From Octopus vulgaris (Eukaryota), in contig OX597816.1 of NCBI GenBank assembly GCA_951406725.2, forward strand, positions 43,772,001 through 43,836,000: a DNA stretch of 64,000 nucleotides, written 5' to 3'. The number at the start of each line of letters is the position of its first letter. Position 1 is the stretch's first letter. This document shows positions 1 to 13,150 of the stretch, in pieces. A program made the translations under genes and the position numbers. The notes below the pieces were generated by a model that saw only the letters and a program-made list of their open reading frames with translations, made no database searches and was not told the origin of the DNA.

Positions 1-137
1 TTCTCTCAGATTTACAAAACCTATTGCAGTTGTTCTTCACATTTTCTTATAAGCCTTGTAAAAGAACTCGGAAGATCGAGCCTCCGACCACGCCTTTCGC
101 GATGCGCTGGAAGCTAAGGAACTTTTCACTATCCCTT

Positions 138-198
<61 letters not shown>

Positions 199-564
199 AT
201 AAAGCCATGTGCCAGGTTGTATCCGTTTGTTCTCATGTTTCACATCCCTGTATACTTTTGATTTCATTTACAAAATAAGGCTACTCTTGCTAATGTATTC
301 TCGACACCTGCGTATTAAATGTAATGTTTTATTTCGCTTACATGTTGACACTGATTACTGTCACTATCTCACACACACATTAATTTATTGTACTGATGTA
401 TCTAGATTTGTATGTAACGTTCATCATTCACAGAAGCAACCATAACAGGGGACTTAGTCAAGGGCCAAATAAATATATATACATGCATATATATCCATAT
501 TTATCTATCCATCTTTCTATCTATCTATCTATTTATCTATCTTTCTATCTAACTATCAATATAT

Positions 565-610
<46 letters not shown>

Positions 611-629
611 AGTAGATATAGATATATTA

Positions 630-703
<74 letters not shown>

Positions 704-1099
704 ATGAAAATGTTTTACTGAATAAAATGACCCCTGTTACAAACATACTTCTGTCCTGAGCACTGGATGACAAGGTTCAGCATTACATTAAAAGCTTATC
801 ATCAGATACTACAATTATTCTAGTTAAACAAGGCCTCTGTTTATGTTACTGAGTGAAACTATGTTGAAAAGTTAAGTTATCTATTCATTGGTAAAACGTT
901 GAATGTAGAATGGCGTCTTTATCTTTTGAAAAATTTAGATAGATAGGAGAAGATGCTTTTAGCGAACGCCTGTGTGGTCGTGGGGTGATTTTGAATATTG
1001 GACCCCTTGTCTGATAAACTACAGGCATACCATCAACTTCTTTCATGGTAAATAATATATAATCCTAATCACACACATGCTCCTATGCATATGCGTTGC

Positions 1100-1130
<31 letters not shown>

Positions 1131-1132
1131 TA

Positions 1133-1290
1133 AGCGCAGGAGCTGCTGTGTGGTAAGGAGCTTGCTTCGCAACGACATGGTTCCGGTTTCACTTCCACTG
1201 CATGGGACCTTGGGCAAGTGGAGCCTCTGGCCACGAATTGACCAAAGCCTTCAGAATAGATCTGGTTGACAGAAGCCTTCTATATGTATG
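1133..1290 (+). mobile_element. tRNA-derived SINE, family A (OR2/CORE-like), 3'-truncated
   Basis: GCGCAGGAGCTGCTGTGTGGTAAG head, B-box-like GGTTTCACTTCC, ACCTTGGGCAAGTG core; aligns by eye with copies at 6961, 7595, 12858 and 39704. Confidence 0.75.
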
Positions 1291-2039
1291 TGTTTGTGCG
1301 TTTGTGTGTAGGAGAGAGAGACAGAGAGGGAGAGGGAGAGAGGATATGTATCTCATATATATATGTCGGCTGTCTATCTACTCTTCATTTTGAGTATAGA
1401 ACTACAATATGAGTGTTCAAAGACAGATACTCCCATAAGTACCAAATTAAAATTTGATATATTTATGGTGGGTCAATGTTGGTAACAGAATCAAGTCAGC
1501 GGAGAAATACAAGGAAAGCGAACGAAAACAAACATGGAGGGACGTTAACCCAGAACAAGGGTAAAATATCGAAAGCTGGAAGAATATTTTCACTAAGAAG
1601 AGAAAAGATAGGTTAGAGAGATAGATACGTCTAGTTCTAAGGACGGTCCAGAAAGAAGCGAACGACGATCAAGTGAGGAAAAGAAAGATGGAAGATGGTC
1701 GCGTGTGAGATACGAGAGACAGAAAATAAGAAAGAAAGTGAGTGAGAGAGACAGACAAAAAAACGGTGAAGGGGGGAAAAAGTGAATTAGAGAATAGGTC
1801 GTGAGTGAAAGCGATGTGTGAGAAAAGAGTATAGGACAGGGTCGCATCAAAATGATAAAGACGAACTTATTTGGGGATGATGCGTCGCGTTCAATCAAAT
1901 GAGGAGTAGATGGCCGACAACTAATGAAGGGTTGTTCTCGGTGTTACTTGGGTTTTCCATTTGTTTCTCTCGTTATTTGTGAATTGAACTCATTTATTTT
2001 CGCATTTCAAGTCGTTTACTGTTAGTAAAATCTTGTACC

Positions 2040-2065
2040 CATATATGCATTTATATATATATAAC

Positions 2066-2119
<54 letters not shown>

Positions 2120-2264
2120 ACATATATATATATACATATATATAATTTATAGTTCTATATATATAATAGTTATATTTTTATATATATATATATGTATATA
2201 TATATATGTATATATATATACATATATATAATTTATAGTTCTATATATATAATAGTTATATTTT

Positions 2265-2295
<31 letters not shown>

Positions 2296-2341
2296 GTATA
2301 TATATATACACATATAATTTATAGTTCTATATATATAATAG

Positions 2342-2385
<44 letters not shown>

Positions 2386-2565
2386 ATATTAATATAAGTA
2401 TATATACATGTGCACACAACACAGGCATGCACACATTACACAGAGAGAAAGACAGAGATAGTGCTATGACAAAATGGTGAGAGAGAAAATGAGAGAAGGC
2501 TTCGAATGTCCCGTCCGTGTTTTTTGTATCGTCTCCTAAATGTTTTGCGTTCTTGTCCCAGTTTG

Positions 2566-2633
<68 letters not shown>

Positions 2634-2881
2634 TATACATATATATATACACATATAAATATACATAAATATACACAATCATATATATACGCATATATAT
2701 GCACATATGTATGCATTCATATACATACATATATATACGCACACACACATATATATATACACATGTATATACAGACACACACACACATGTATATTTATAT
2801 GTATATTTATATACCTATATGTATGTATATGTATATCTATAAAAATATATGTATGTATGTATATATATATATGTATGTATT

Positions 2882-2916
<35 letters not shown>

Positions 2917-3385
2917 TTATATATATATATATATATATGTATGTATTTATATATATATATATATATATGTATGTATTTATATATATATATGTATGTATAT
3001 ATATATATATATATAAATGTGTATATATATGTATGTATATATATATATATATATATATAAATGTGTATATATATGTATATATATATGTATATATGTATAT
3101 ATATATGTATATAAGTATATATATATGTGTATATATATGTATATATATATGTATATATATATATGTATATACGTATATATATATTTATATATATATGTAT
3201 ATATGTATATATATGTGTATATATATGTATTTATATATATATATATGTATATACGTATATATATATTTATATATATATGTATATATAAAATATATATATA
3301 TGTATATACGTATATATATATATTTATATATATATGTATATATAAAATATATATATATATACGTATATATGTATGTATTTATATT
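2040..3385. repeat. (TA)n/(TATG)n microsatellite field with 3 copies of a minisatellite unit ATTTATAGTTCTATATATATAATAGTTATA (2145-2346)
   Basis: Directly visible repeats. Confidence 0.95.
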
Positions 3386-3790
3386 GCATAGAAATATTTT
3401 GGTAACTCATTAAACGAATGCAATAAAATAATAATGATTATGCCACATTAATCTTTCTATAAATCATTCATCAAAAGACACTGTAAAATATAATATATAA
3501 GAAAATCTATACGAGATAAACAGTTAGTTGCTAGTTAAATGCATCGATAATGAAGATAAAGTACTCTGCCAACGTTATCATTATGTAACTCGAATTTTTG
3601 AAGTGACTCTTGTGAATCTTCTCTCTCCCTTCATCTGAAGAATTTATATACTGTATAATGATGGTATTTTATTTAATGAGCTTCCGCATATGTATTTTAA
3701 ACCCAATAGGAGTCTCTCGATGCTTTTGTGTAAGTGTGTGTGTGTGTGTGTGTGTGTGTACAGTATTTGCATTCTTTTGCGACAGCACAT

Positions 3791-4389
3791 CTACTACTAC
3801 TACTACTACTACTACTACTAGTTGTAGTAGTAGTAGTAGAAGTAGTAGCAGTAGTAGTAGTAGTAGCAGCAGCAGTAATAGTAGTAGCAGCAGCAGCAGT
3901 AATAGTAGTAGCAGCAGCAGCAGCAGTAATAGTAGTAGCAGCAGCAGCAGTAATAGTAGTAGCAGCAGCAGCAGTAATAGTAGTAGAAGCAGCAGTAGTA
4001 ATAGTAGTAGCAGCAGTAATAGTAGTAGTAGTAGCAGCAGTAATAGTAGTAGTAGTAGCAGCAGTAATAGTAGTAGCAGCAGCAGCAGTAATAGTAGTAG
4101 CAGCAGCAGCAGCAATAGTAGTAGAAGCAGCAGTAGTAATAGTAGTAGCAGCAGTAATAGTAGTAGTAGTAGCAGCAGTAATAGTAGTAGAAGCAGAAGT
4201 AGTAATAGTAGTAGCAGCAGTAATAGTAGTAGTAGCAGCAGCAGTAATAGTAGTAGTAGTAGCATAAGTAATAGTAGTAGCAGCAGCAGCTGCAGTAGTA
4301 GTAGTAGCAGCAGCAGTAATAGTAGTAGTGGCAGCAGCAGCAGCAGTAGTAGTAGTATTAGTGGCAGCAGCAGCAGTAGTAGTAGTAGT
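3791..4389. repeat. Compound trinucleotide array (AGT/AGC/AAT) with a ~18-27 bp higher-order unit, preceded by an inverted (CTA)n tract
   Basis: Repeating AATAGTAGT(AGT/AGC)nAGT; explains the poly-S, poly-L, poly-T/A and poly-V/A ORFs. Confidence 0.95.
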
Positions 4390-4610
4390 TTTACGTTCTG
4401 AGTTCAAATTCTGCCGGTGTCGACTTTGCCTTTCATTCTTTCAGTTTCGATAAATTAAGTACCAGTGAATCACCGGGGTCAATGTAATCGACAATCTGTC
4501 TCGCTAATTTTAGGCTTTGAACCTATAGTAGAAAGGATGTCGATGTAATCGACTAGACCCCTCCCTCGACATTCCTGGCTTTATGCCTAAATATGAATCC
4601 ATTATTATTA
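4390..4610 (+). mobile_element. SINE family B (OR1-like), 5'-truncated older copy
   Basis: TTACGTTCTGAGTTCAAATTCTGCCGGTGTCGACTTTGCCTTTCATT...GATAAATTAAGTACCAG. Confidence 0.75.
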
Positions 4611-4944
4611 TCGAACAAAGAGAATTTCACGCTAGTGTACAAATATACGGAAGTTAATGTACCCATCATGAGTATCTGTCGGATAAGTGTACATCTGGTA
4701 CATGTATTACAACCATATGTACGCGATGTAGTGATCTCATATCAAGATGAACTGCTCATGACTTTGCAGGTGAGGTCCAGTTAGAATTGCCTTTAGGTCG
4801 AGTAGCTCATTCCCTTCAAAATATACCTGAATAAGGGTTGCTTAAGGACCATCAACAAAACACCCTGTGGTAACTTGTTCAAATCCCCAAACATTTCTCT
4901 CAACAGATGGCTATGATGCTCCCTCTACTCCTGCTCGTGGTCAG

Positions 4945-5590
4945 AAATTTGAACTCAGAACATAGCGGCAGACGAAATACCTATTTCTTTATTACCCACA
5001 AAGGGCTAAACATAGAGGGGACAAACAAGGACAGACATAGATATTAAGTCGATTTCATCGACCCCAGTGCGTAACTGGTACTTATTTAATCGACCCCGAA
5101 AGGATGAAAGGCAAAGTCGACCTCGGCAGAATTTGAACTCAGAACGTAACGGCAGACGAAATACCTATTTCTTTATTACCCACAAGAGGCTAAACACAGA
5201 AGGGACAAACAAGGACAGACATAGGTATTAAGTCGATTAGATCGACCCCAGTGCGTAACTGGTACTTAATTTATCGGCCCCGAAAGGATGAAAGGCAAAA
5301 TTGACCTCGGCGGAATTTGAACTCAGAACGTAGCGGCATATTAAATAGCTATTTCTTTACTACCCACAAGGGGCTAAACACAGAGGGGACAAACAAGGAC
5401 AGACAAACGGATTAAGTCGATTACGTCGACCCCAGTGCGTAACTGGTACTTAATTTATCGACCCCGAAAGGATGAAAGGCAAAGTCGGAATTTGACGGAA
5501 GTGGCGGAATTTGAACTCAGAACGTAACGGCATACGAAGTACGGCTACGCATTTCGCCCGGTGGGCTAACGTTCTGCTAGCTCGCAGCTT
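4945..5590 (-). mobile_element. Head-to-tail array of long-tailed SINE family B: three units of 184, 184 and 194 bp plus a tRNA-derived head
   Basis: GAACTCAGAA recurs at 4951, 5135, 5319 and 5513; the head (rc of CGAGCTAGCAGAACGTTAGC) lies at ~5560-5590. Confidence 0.9.
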
Positions 5591-6375
5591 TAAAAATAGC
5601 AATAATTTCATTGGTTGATATTTCCGCCAAAAGAATACATTTGATGTGTATAAGTATGTATAAGTCATAACCACGTGTTAAATTTATCTTGCACGTAGCT
5701 TTGAAATTTGATCTCCATGATTGAAATGCAAGATTTCCGTGTTTTATAATGTAAATTGGAACAACTAGTTTCATCAACCATTATCTAAAGGAGCCGTGCT
5801 TTTCATAATTTTGTTTGCGTTTTGGTAAGTGGTTTTCTTGCTACTTCTCATTATTGTTTGGAGATCTCTGATGAGTCAAAACTAGTCTGCGCCTCGCTAA
5901 TTTCAATTTCTCTGATCTAAATACCTTAACTAATTTCCCAGTGAGACTAAATACGTATTCATTACGCATGTAGATATGATTCCGTATGCATTATAAGGAA
6001 CTCTGTGTAGAACAATGGTCATACAGTGACGATGAAGCACGATAAAAAGACAAAACTTTGACCTGAGTGGAGGAAAATCTATTCTTTCCATTCTGAATGC
6101 CAATCATTACATTGAGAGGCAGGAATATAAATAATCATTCGTACGAACGGGGAAAGAAAAGAGTTTTGGACAGCCTTTGATCTCGTTCATTATTCATTCT
6201 CTGTTCAACTCATGCCATGGCCGATTTCGACAGTCACATCTGTGGAATCGTTAAAATCAATAATAGTAAGACGATTTGATCAACTACAACACACGCCTCT
6301 GCAATAAATTAGTAGCAATGCGTCGATATAGGATGTCAAGCATCGTTATTGTCCTTCCTTTTTCCTATCAATATC

Positions 6376-6760
6376 AGTTTCAAATTTTACTACAATGCCA
6401 GCGATTTTAGATGAGAGATTTAAGTCGCTTCCACGTTGGAAGGATGACAAGCAAGGTCGAAATTTGAACTCAGAACGTGCAGACGGACGAAATGTTGCTC
6501 AGCATATCTCCCGGCGTGCTAATGATTCTTATTTCTTTATTGCCCACAAGGAGCTACACATAGAGGGGACAAACAAGGACAAACAAAGGGATTAAGTCGA
6601 TTATATCGACCCCAGTGCGTAACTGGTACTTAATTTATCGACCCCGAAAGGATGAAAGGTAAAGTCGACCTCGGCGGAATTTGAACTCAGAACGTAGCGG
6701 CAGACGAAATACGGCTCCGCATTTCGCCCGGCGTGCTAATGATTCTGCCAGCAGGCCACC
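6376..6760 (-). mobile_element. Long-tailed SINE B (6530-6726) nested in the head of an older short-tailed SINE B
   Basis: Identical 20-mer CCCGGCGTGCTAATGATTCT at 6510-6529 and 6727-6746; degenerate short tail at 6376-6427. Confidence 0.8.
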
Positions 6761-6960
6761 TTCCTATTGATATTGTATCGAAAATCATCATTGCCACCAA
6801 TACCATTACAACTGCTATAGCTATAATTCTGGCGTATAGATGCACTATCTTAGTCGTACACTTGCACAAATGCATGTATGTGTATGCGTGTATGTGTGTG
6901 TATACACGCACGCATCTCTCTCTATCACACGCAGAGACACACACACGCGTGCACGCATAT

Positions 6961-7374
6961 TCTTTTACTTTTTTACTTGTTTCATTCATTCGACTGCTGG
7001 TATGCTGGAGCACGGCCTTAAAGCGTTTTAGTCGAAGAAATCGCCCCCAGGACTTAATCATTTTAAGCCTAGTACTTATTCTATCGCTACCTCTTGCCGA
7101 ACCGCTAAGTTGTGGGGGCCATAAACGCACCAGCATCCCTTGTCAAGCGATGGCGGGGGAAAAAATACACACACATGCGCGCATAAATAGATATATACAT
7201 ATATGCATATATGTTGGGCTTCTTTCAGTTTCCGTCTACCAAATCCACTCACAAAGCTTTGGCTGGCCCATGGCTATAGTAGAACACGCTTGCTCAAAGT
7301 GCCTTACAGTGGGACTGAACCCAGAACCATGCGGTTGGGAAGCAAGCTTCTTACCACACAACCAAGCCTGCGCC
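6961..7374 (-). mobile_element. SINE family A, near full length
   Basis: rc head GGCGCAGGCTTGGTTGTGTGGTAAG...GGTTCAGTCCCAC, internal microsatellite, tail ...GAAACAAGTAAAA. Confidence 0.85.
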
Positions 7375-7594
7375 TATAAATATGTATATATATATAAGCT
7401 ATATGTCTTTTTAATCTTTTATCAACTCAAAGCACATCACTCTGTATTCAATGTCTTTGAGTAACACAAATTCTCTGCAAACAAAATCTCACGTACAATT
7501 TTTACGGCCATATCACGTTGAAAACACTGGTTCTAGCCCGGTCGCCGACGTTAGGCAACATCGAGAAACCTATGTGCTATATAAGCAACTTCTA

Positions 7595-7783
7595 GGCGCA
7601 GCGTGTCTCTGTGGTAAGAAGATTGCTTCTCAATCATATACTTTCGGGTTCAGTCCTACTGCGTGGGACCTTCTGCAAGAGTCTTCTACCATAGCCACAG
7701 GCCGACCTTAAGCCTTGTGATTAGATTCGGGAGGCGGAAACTGGAAGAAGCACGCCATATATATGTGTATGTATATATATAAA

Positions 7784-7819
<36 letters not shown>

Positions 7820-8009
7820 TGTATGTATGTATGTATGTATGTATGTATCTGTGTGTTTGTCCTCCCATCATCACTTGACAACCGGTGTTGGTATGTTTTT
7901 GTCACAGTAACGTAGCGGTTCGGCAAAACAAGCCGATATAATGAGTACTGGGCTTAAAAATAAGTTCTGGGGTCGATTTGTTCGATTAAAAACCCTTCAA
8001 CGCGGTACT

Positions 8010-8010
<1 letters not shown>
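7595..8010 (+). mobile_element. SINE family A
   Basis: GGCGCAGCGTGTCTCTGTGGTAAG...GGGTTCAGTCC; internal (TATG)n; CTTGACAACCG...GCGGTTCGGCAAAA. Confidence 0.85.
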
Positions 8011-8041
<31 letters not shown>

Positions 8042-9098
8042 TCTGCCTGAGAAGAAACTGAACGTATTTTTTTATCGTATGTAAATGTATACATGTACAT
8101 GTTTGTATCGTTAGGTGTATACACAGTCCTTTATACTTTGAAGCCCTTAATTTTTGCACGTTTCTAACTTGATAAACTATATCCAGCATCATCTAATATT
8201 AAATAGTGTCGAAATGATATAAAAAATAAAAAGATTTATCAAATTCCTGATTGGTAACAAGTTCTTTGCTACCAAATCATATAATTACTACTATATGCTA
8301 TTTTGTTGGTCTTTATTGATATATTTGTTTATTTATTATTTAATTGTTATTCATCCTTCGTGAAAGTAGCAATTGCATAGCTTGGTTGAATTGCCTGCCT
8401 GTAGACGAAATATTGTTTTCATTATCACTGTTTTTCAGCGTTGGTTGAGTTGTTAGTGTTGCTGTCTTGAATTATTAATCGACTCGGCATTATTTTTTTT
8501 TATTCTTGTTAGTTTTCAATCAACTTAAAAAATAACATGACAAGACTTTAATTACACAAGTAACGCTATGTTATTGTTGATGTTTCCGCCATCACAGCAA
8601 CCCATAACTCCACCGTTAGGGAAAAAAAAATATTGTTGTCGTCATTATCATCATTATCATGATTTCTATAATGTTGATCAATAGTGATATTTTACATTAT
8701 GTGCAAGGTCAAGAATTCGTAGGTGTGTACGTGGAAGTGTGAAATACATGCATTTTTTGTTTCCATAATGTAATAATCAACATAACCGCCATGAATTGAC
8801 TTCCACTAAGAAGCAAATCCGCATCATGGACTCACTTCACTAGGATATTGCTGCATGCTATGCATTGCTCATCACGAGTATGAATGTAATACAAATATTT
8901 TTCTTCATTTTCTATTTAATTTGTTATGGAAATTGCACAGTTTTGTTTTTATTTTTACTTCCAAATGATCAAATCATTTAAGAATTTATATATTTAATTA
9001 TATTTTCATTATTCTTTTCAGTTTTAACCAGTAATACAACTTGCTGTAATCTTCACCGACTAAATGCTGCCGGAAACTGTCCTTGATGGGTTTCCGAG

Positions 9099-9387
9099 AT
9101 GACTTGCAGTTTTGGCAAACCTTTCCCTGCCCTCCACCCTGGAATAAGGACCTTTTCTTCCAAGTTAACTGGACTCGCTGCCTGGGTGTGCATACCGGCT
9201 GCGAAATACAACATGCAGTGGCCAAGAGATGTGATATCATTGTCAACGATGTGCAGGAATGCAACGACATTCACATGGCAGGTGCCACAAACGCTTTGGA
9301 AGCATGTAATCAGGAATGCCGACTCATTATCGGTTTTGTCGTTGTTATCGTCGTTGCTGTGGTTGGAGCTTCGTATCTCGTCTGCAA
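9099..9387 (+). CDS. Probable first coding part of an exon (exon 9022-9387) of an unidentified secreted or membrane protein; ends ...SLSVLSLLSSLLWLELRISSA before a phase-1 intron
   Basis: GC-richer, repeat-free island bounded by acceptor TATTTTCATTATTCTTTTCAG (ends 9021) and donor GTAAGC (9388). In-frame ATGs at 9099, 9213 (AACATG) and 9249 (ACGATG); upstream in-frame stop at 9084. An overlapping frame (ORF 9083) is also open, so the true frame is uncertain. Confidence 0.55.
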
Positions 9388-11151
9388 GTAAGCCATAATT
9401 ATTCTTTTGTTATTATTATTATTTTCGTTGATTTTTCAGATGGTTGTCATTTTTTTTTCAGTGAATGATTAATGGCACGAAATCTATCAAACTTTATCAT
9501 TTTCAAATAATAAAACATCGCACTATTAAAATTTATCTTTTATCATGTAATGAAATCTATGATAAGTTTAAGAATTGTACTCACATTGTCAACGCTCTGG
9601 TGATAGTAATGACATACGTGTGTTTGTTATTTGGTTGTAAACTTACACAAAATCAATCACTCTATACAAATTACCAGTGACGAAAACCAGACTAAGAATA
9701 TACATAGAAAAGTAAGTTTAGTTTACCACTTCGTAGAATGCCACATAGCCACTGTTGCCCAGGAGACCACAACAACCGACCCATTTATCCTTCACACACA
9801 CAGAATAAATGTTTAAATTTTTCGTTTCAGTTCTATTTACTATCGCAGTCTGAAGGGTAGTTTTGCATTAGATATGTATTATATATGTAATATTTAACTT
9901 ATATATTATGTACTTTATTGTGTTTTGTTCTGCGCGTAATTCCCCCTTGCATGAAACCGAACCGTGCTGCAAAAGAAAGAAAACAAATATGTAGTGGTTC
10001 ACTGTTGGAAACACTAATTTATAATGCTTTATTGTAGAAGCGACAGAATTTCAGACATTGAAATTTATTGATATTTGACGCTCGGTTGATAGTTTGTAAT
10101 CTTGTGAATAATACAGTTATAATTACATTGATAATACCAACTAACCGACATATGTGCACTTTATGTAATATTTCAGTTTTTGAAATTTGATTTATAATAC
10201 TGTTATATTATGAACTGGTTTTACATAAATCAAATTTAGTTATTTGTTATTCATATCGTGTTTGAGTCATATTGTTAACGGGCATAACCTTATAAATATA
10301 CTCACATTAAAAGGAGGATAATATGACACCATGTGTCATACTATCAAAAGACTTGCTTAGCAGTGAGTCAAATGCTTAAAAATGTATTGAAACCACACGT
10401 TGTTCTGCATTGGATAAGATTTGATATTCATCGATTACTTCTCAAAGATCTTTTTTACCAAATTATATATATTACAAGTATCTACATCTTTTTTTAAAAA
10501 AAGATTAATTCATTTCTTTGTTTTCGAATTTGAACATCTACACTTAAATTTGAATTTCAGATATTTGTGTGTTGAGGTATTTTATAATTCTAACTGGAGG
10601 TTTTATGAAACTATGCTTTCACAAGTTCCTTAAGTATGATATTGTTCCACACAAAAGAACTACGAATTAATGACCATGCCAATCTCGAAGCCCGTAGCAA
10701 CGTATAATGAGTGAAATAATGGTATTAGGATCTTTGTGTCGCATACAAGTTAGAATGAATTCCTATGAATAATTAATATATAAATATACAAGATATTCAG
10801 ATTATATTTAACTCTGCAGTTCAATGAAATATTGTAAACATTACTAAATATATTACTAATTACTTTTTCATTACTATTATTTTTGCTATTGTTATTTATT
10901 TACAATAATAATAATAATAATAATAATAAAAGAAAGTAAACAGTTATGAAATTTCAGACAAATCGTTATCAGTCGCATACACGTATCATTTTATTTCTAA
11001 TGCCGTTTCATGATATTAACTAATTAATTTCAATTACATTTCGATTATTCACATTTTCTTCTTTCTTCTATTTATGTTTCAGAAGTTATAATAGTACACA
11101 ATGTTCTTTCAATATATTTTACACCTTCTTAGGTAATACGGTGGTATTGTA

Positions 11152-11251
11152 GTATATATATATATATATGTGTAAATATATGTATGTATATATATATATA
11201 TGTGTGTAAATATATGTATGTATATATATATGTGTGTGTGTAAATATATGT

Positions 11252-11282
<31 letters not shown>

Positions 11283-11425
11283 TAAATATATGTATATATA
11301 TATATATGTATGTATATATATATATATGTATGTATATATATATATATGTATGTATATATATATATGCATGTATATATATATATATATATGTATGTATAAT
11401 ATATATATATGTATGTATGTATATG

Positions 11426-11466
<41 letters not shown>

Positions 11467-11521
11467 GTGTGTGTATATATATATATACATGTATATATAT
11501 ATGTGTATGTATATATGTATG

Positions 11522-11570
<49 letters not shown>

Positions 11571-11753
11571 ATATATATATATATGTATGTATATATATAT
11601 ATATGTGTGTGTATGTATATATGTATGTATATATATATATATATATGTATGTATATATATATATATGTATGTATATATATATATGTGTATGTATATATGT
11701 ATGTATATATATATATGTGTATGTATATATGTATGTATATATATATATATATG

Positions 11754-11800
<47 letters not shown>

Positions 11801-11801
11801 T

Positions 11802-11837
<36 letters not shown>

Positions 11838-11838
11838 A
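11152..11838. repeat. (TA)n/(TATG)n compound microsatellite
   Basis: Directly visible. Confidence 0.95.
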
Positions 11839-12857
11839 TGTATACATGAATACAAATTGGTTTGGTGATGCAAACAGGAAAGTAGAATTCAAATGTTGTG
11901 TGTGTGTGTGCGCACGCGTGCGAGAGTGTATACTTGCGTGTGTACGTATTCTTTAATAATAATAGGCATAACCTACAGAGTGACTCGTAGCCCGAGAGTT
12001 TCATGCATTGGACCTCGGTACAGTAGTAGAGATTAATAGTATTGTTTTCCACGTACTCTTTACTTTGCTCTCCACCAACACATCCTTCTACCCTGTATGT
12101 GAGAAATTCTATATATATGCATAAACAATTTATTCAATATATGTCAGTGTTTAAAAAATATTTCCTTGTCTCTACGATGCTCACCGAGACCGGAGATCAA
12201 CCAAACAGCATGACTGACTGTACTAGATTCCTCAGTGGACGAAGCTCCAGCCGTTCGCAGGGTTACTCAAAAGTGCTACAGGTACTGATTTTCAAGTGAC
12301 TACTAAATGAAGCACGTTAAATAAAGTACCTTGCTAAATAGACTCAAGACTACAACATGTTTTTTGGTGCAAGGATTGAAACCTCGACCTAAAGTTCATG
12401 AGCACAGATCTTAATCAAATCAATTGTCTTTACTCTCTACTTGTTACTGATACTTTATAATTTACACCTGACAATTGTAGAAAACATTGTATGCATAGTA
12501 TTGTTATCAGTTGTAATCTAATATGGTTAAAATAATGATACACTTTAGTAAAACTAACTACTTTATACTGACACTGTGAAAACAGAGTGGATTACTAATT
12601 CCGCATTAAAACGTTATTTATTTTGTATGCACCAGGCTGATTCGGATATAGATTTTATGAATAATTAATGTAGGCAGATGCACTGGGATTGTATCTGGAA
12701 TATTGCCCAGTGGCGATAACCTTGAAATCTAAACTGAATAGTACTCGACAAAAGAATCCAGCATGCGCATCTCTTATTTATACGTTATATTTGCATCAAA
12801 CAAATAGTAAAATTCTGAACCTCGCCAATGGTTAAATATTGTCCATAAAGCAAAATT

Positions 12858-13081
12858 ACTCTTTTACTCGTTTCAGTCATTTGACTGTGGCCATGCTGAA
12901 GCACCGTCTTTAGTCAAGCAAATCGCTCCCAGGACATATTCTTTGCAAGCCTAGTATTTATTCCATCGTCCTCTCTTTTGCTGAACCGCTAAGTTACGGG
13001 TACGTAAACACACCACCGTCGGTTGTCAAGCGATGTTGGGGGGACAAACACAAACACATAAACACATATACACATGCATAC

Positions 13082-13150
<69 letters not shown>

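Noticed and set aside
2517-3413. Long YI/CV/HT-rich ORFs here and at ~11.1, 18, 23, 24.6, 35-37, 43, 51.8 and 57.5 kb
   Set aside because: Translations of dinucleotide and tetranucleotide microsatellites, which lack stop codons
3658-4407. Poly-Ser, poly-Leu and Thr/Ala mucin- or antifreeze-like ORFs
   Set aside because: Trinucleotide array open in several frames, running into a SINE, with no convincing splice signals
4945-5590. Possible CRISPR-like or tRNA-gene array
   Set aside because: Whole units repeat with no unique spacers, the context is eukaryotic, and there is no cloverleaf
6687-7464. 243-aa and 149-aa ORFs
   Set aside because: They span SINE B, SINE A and microsatellite sequence
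9053-9381. Minus-strand exon (TTGCAG acceptor, ~109 open codons)
   Set aside because: Weak pyrimidine tract and no recognisable protein; the + strand has both splice sites at the island edges. Not fully excluded
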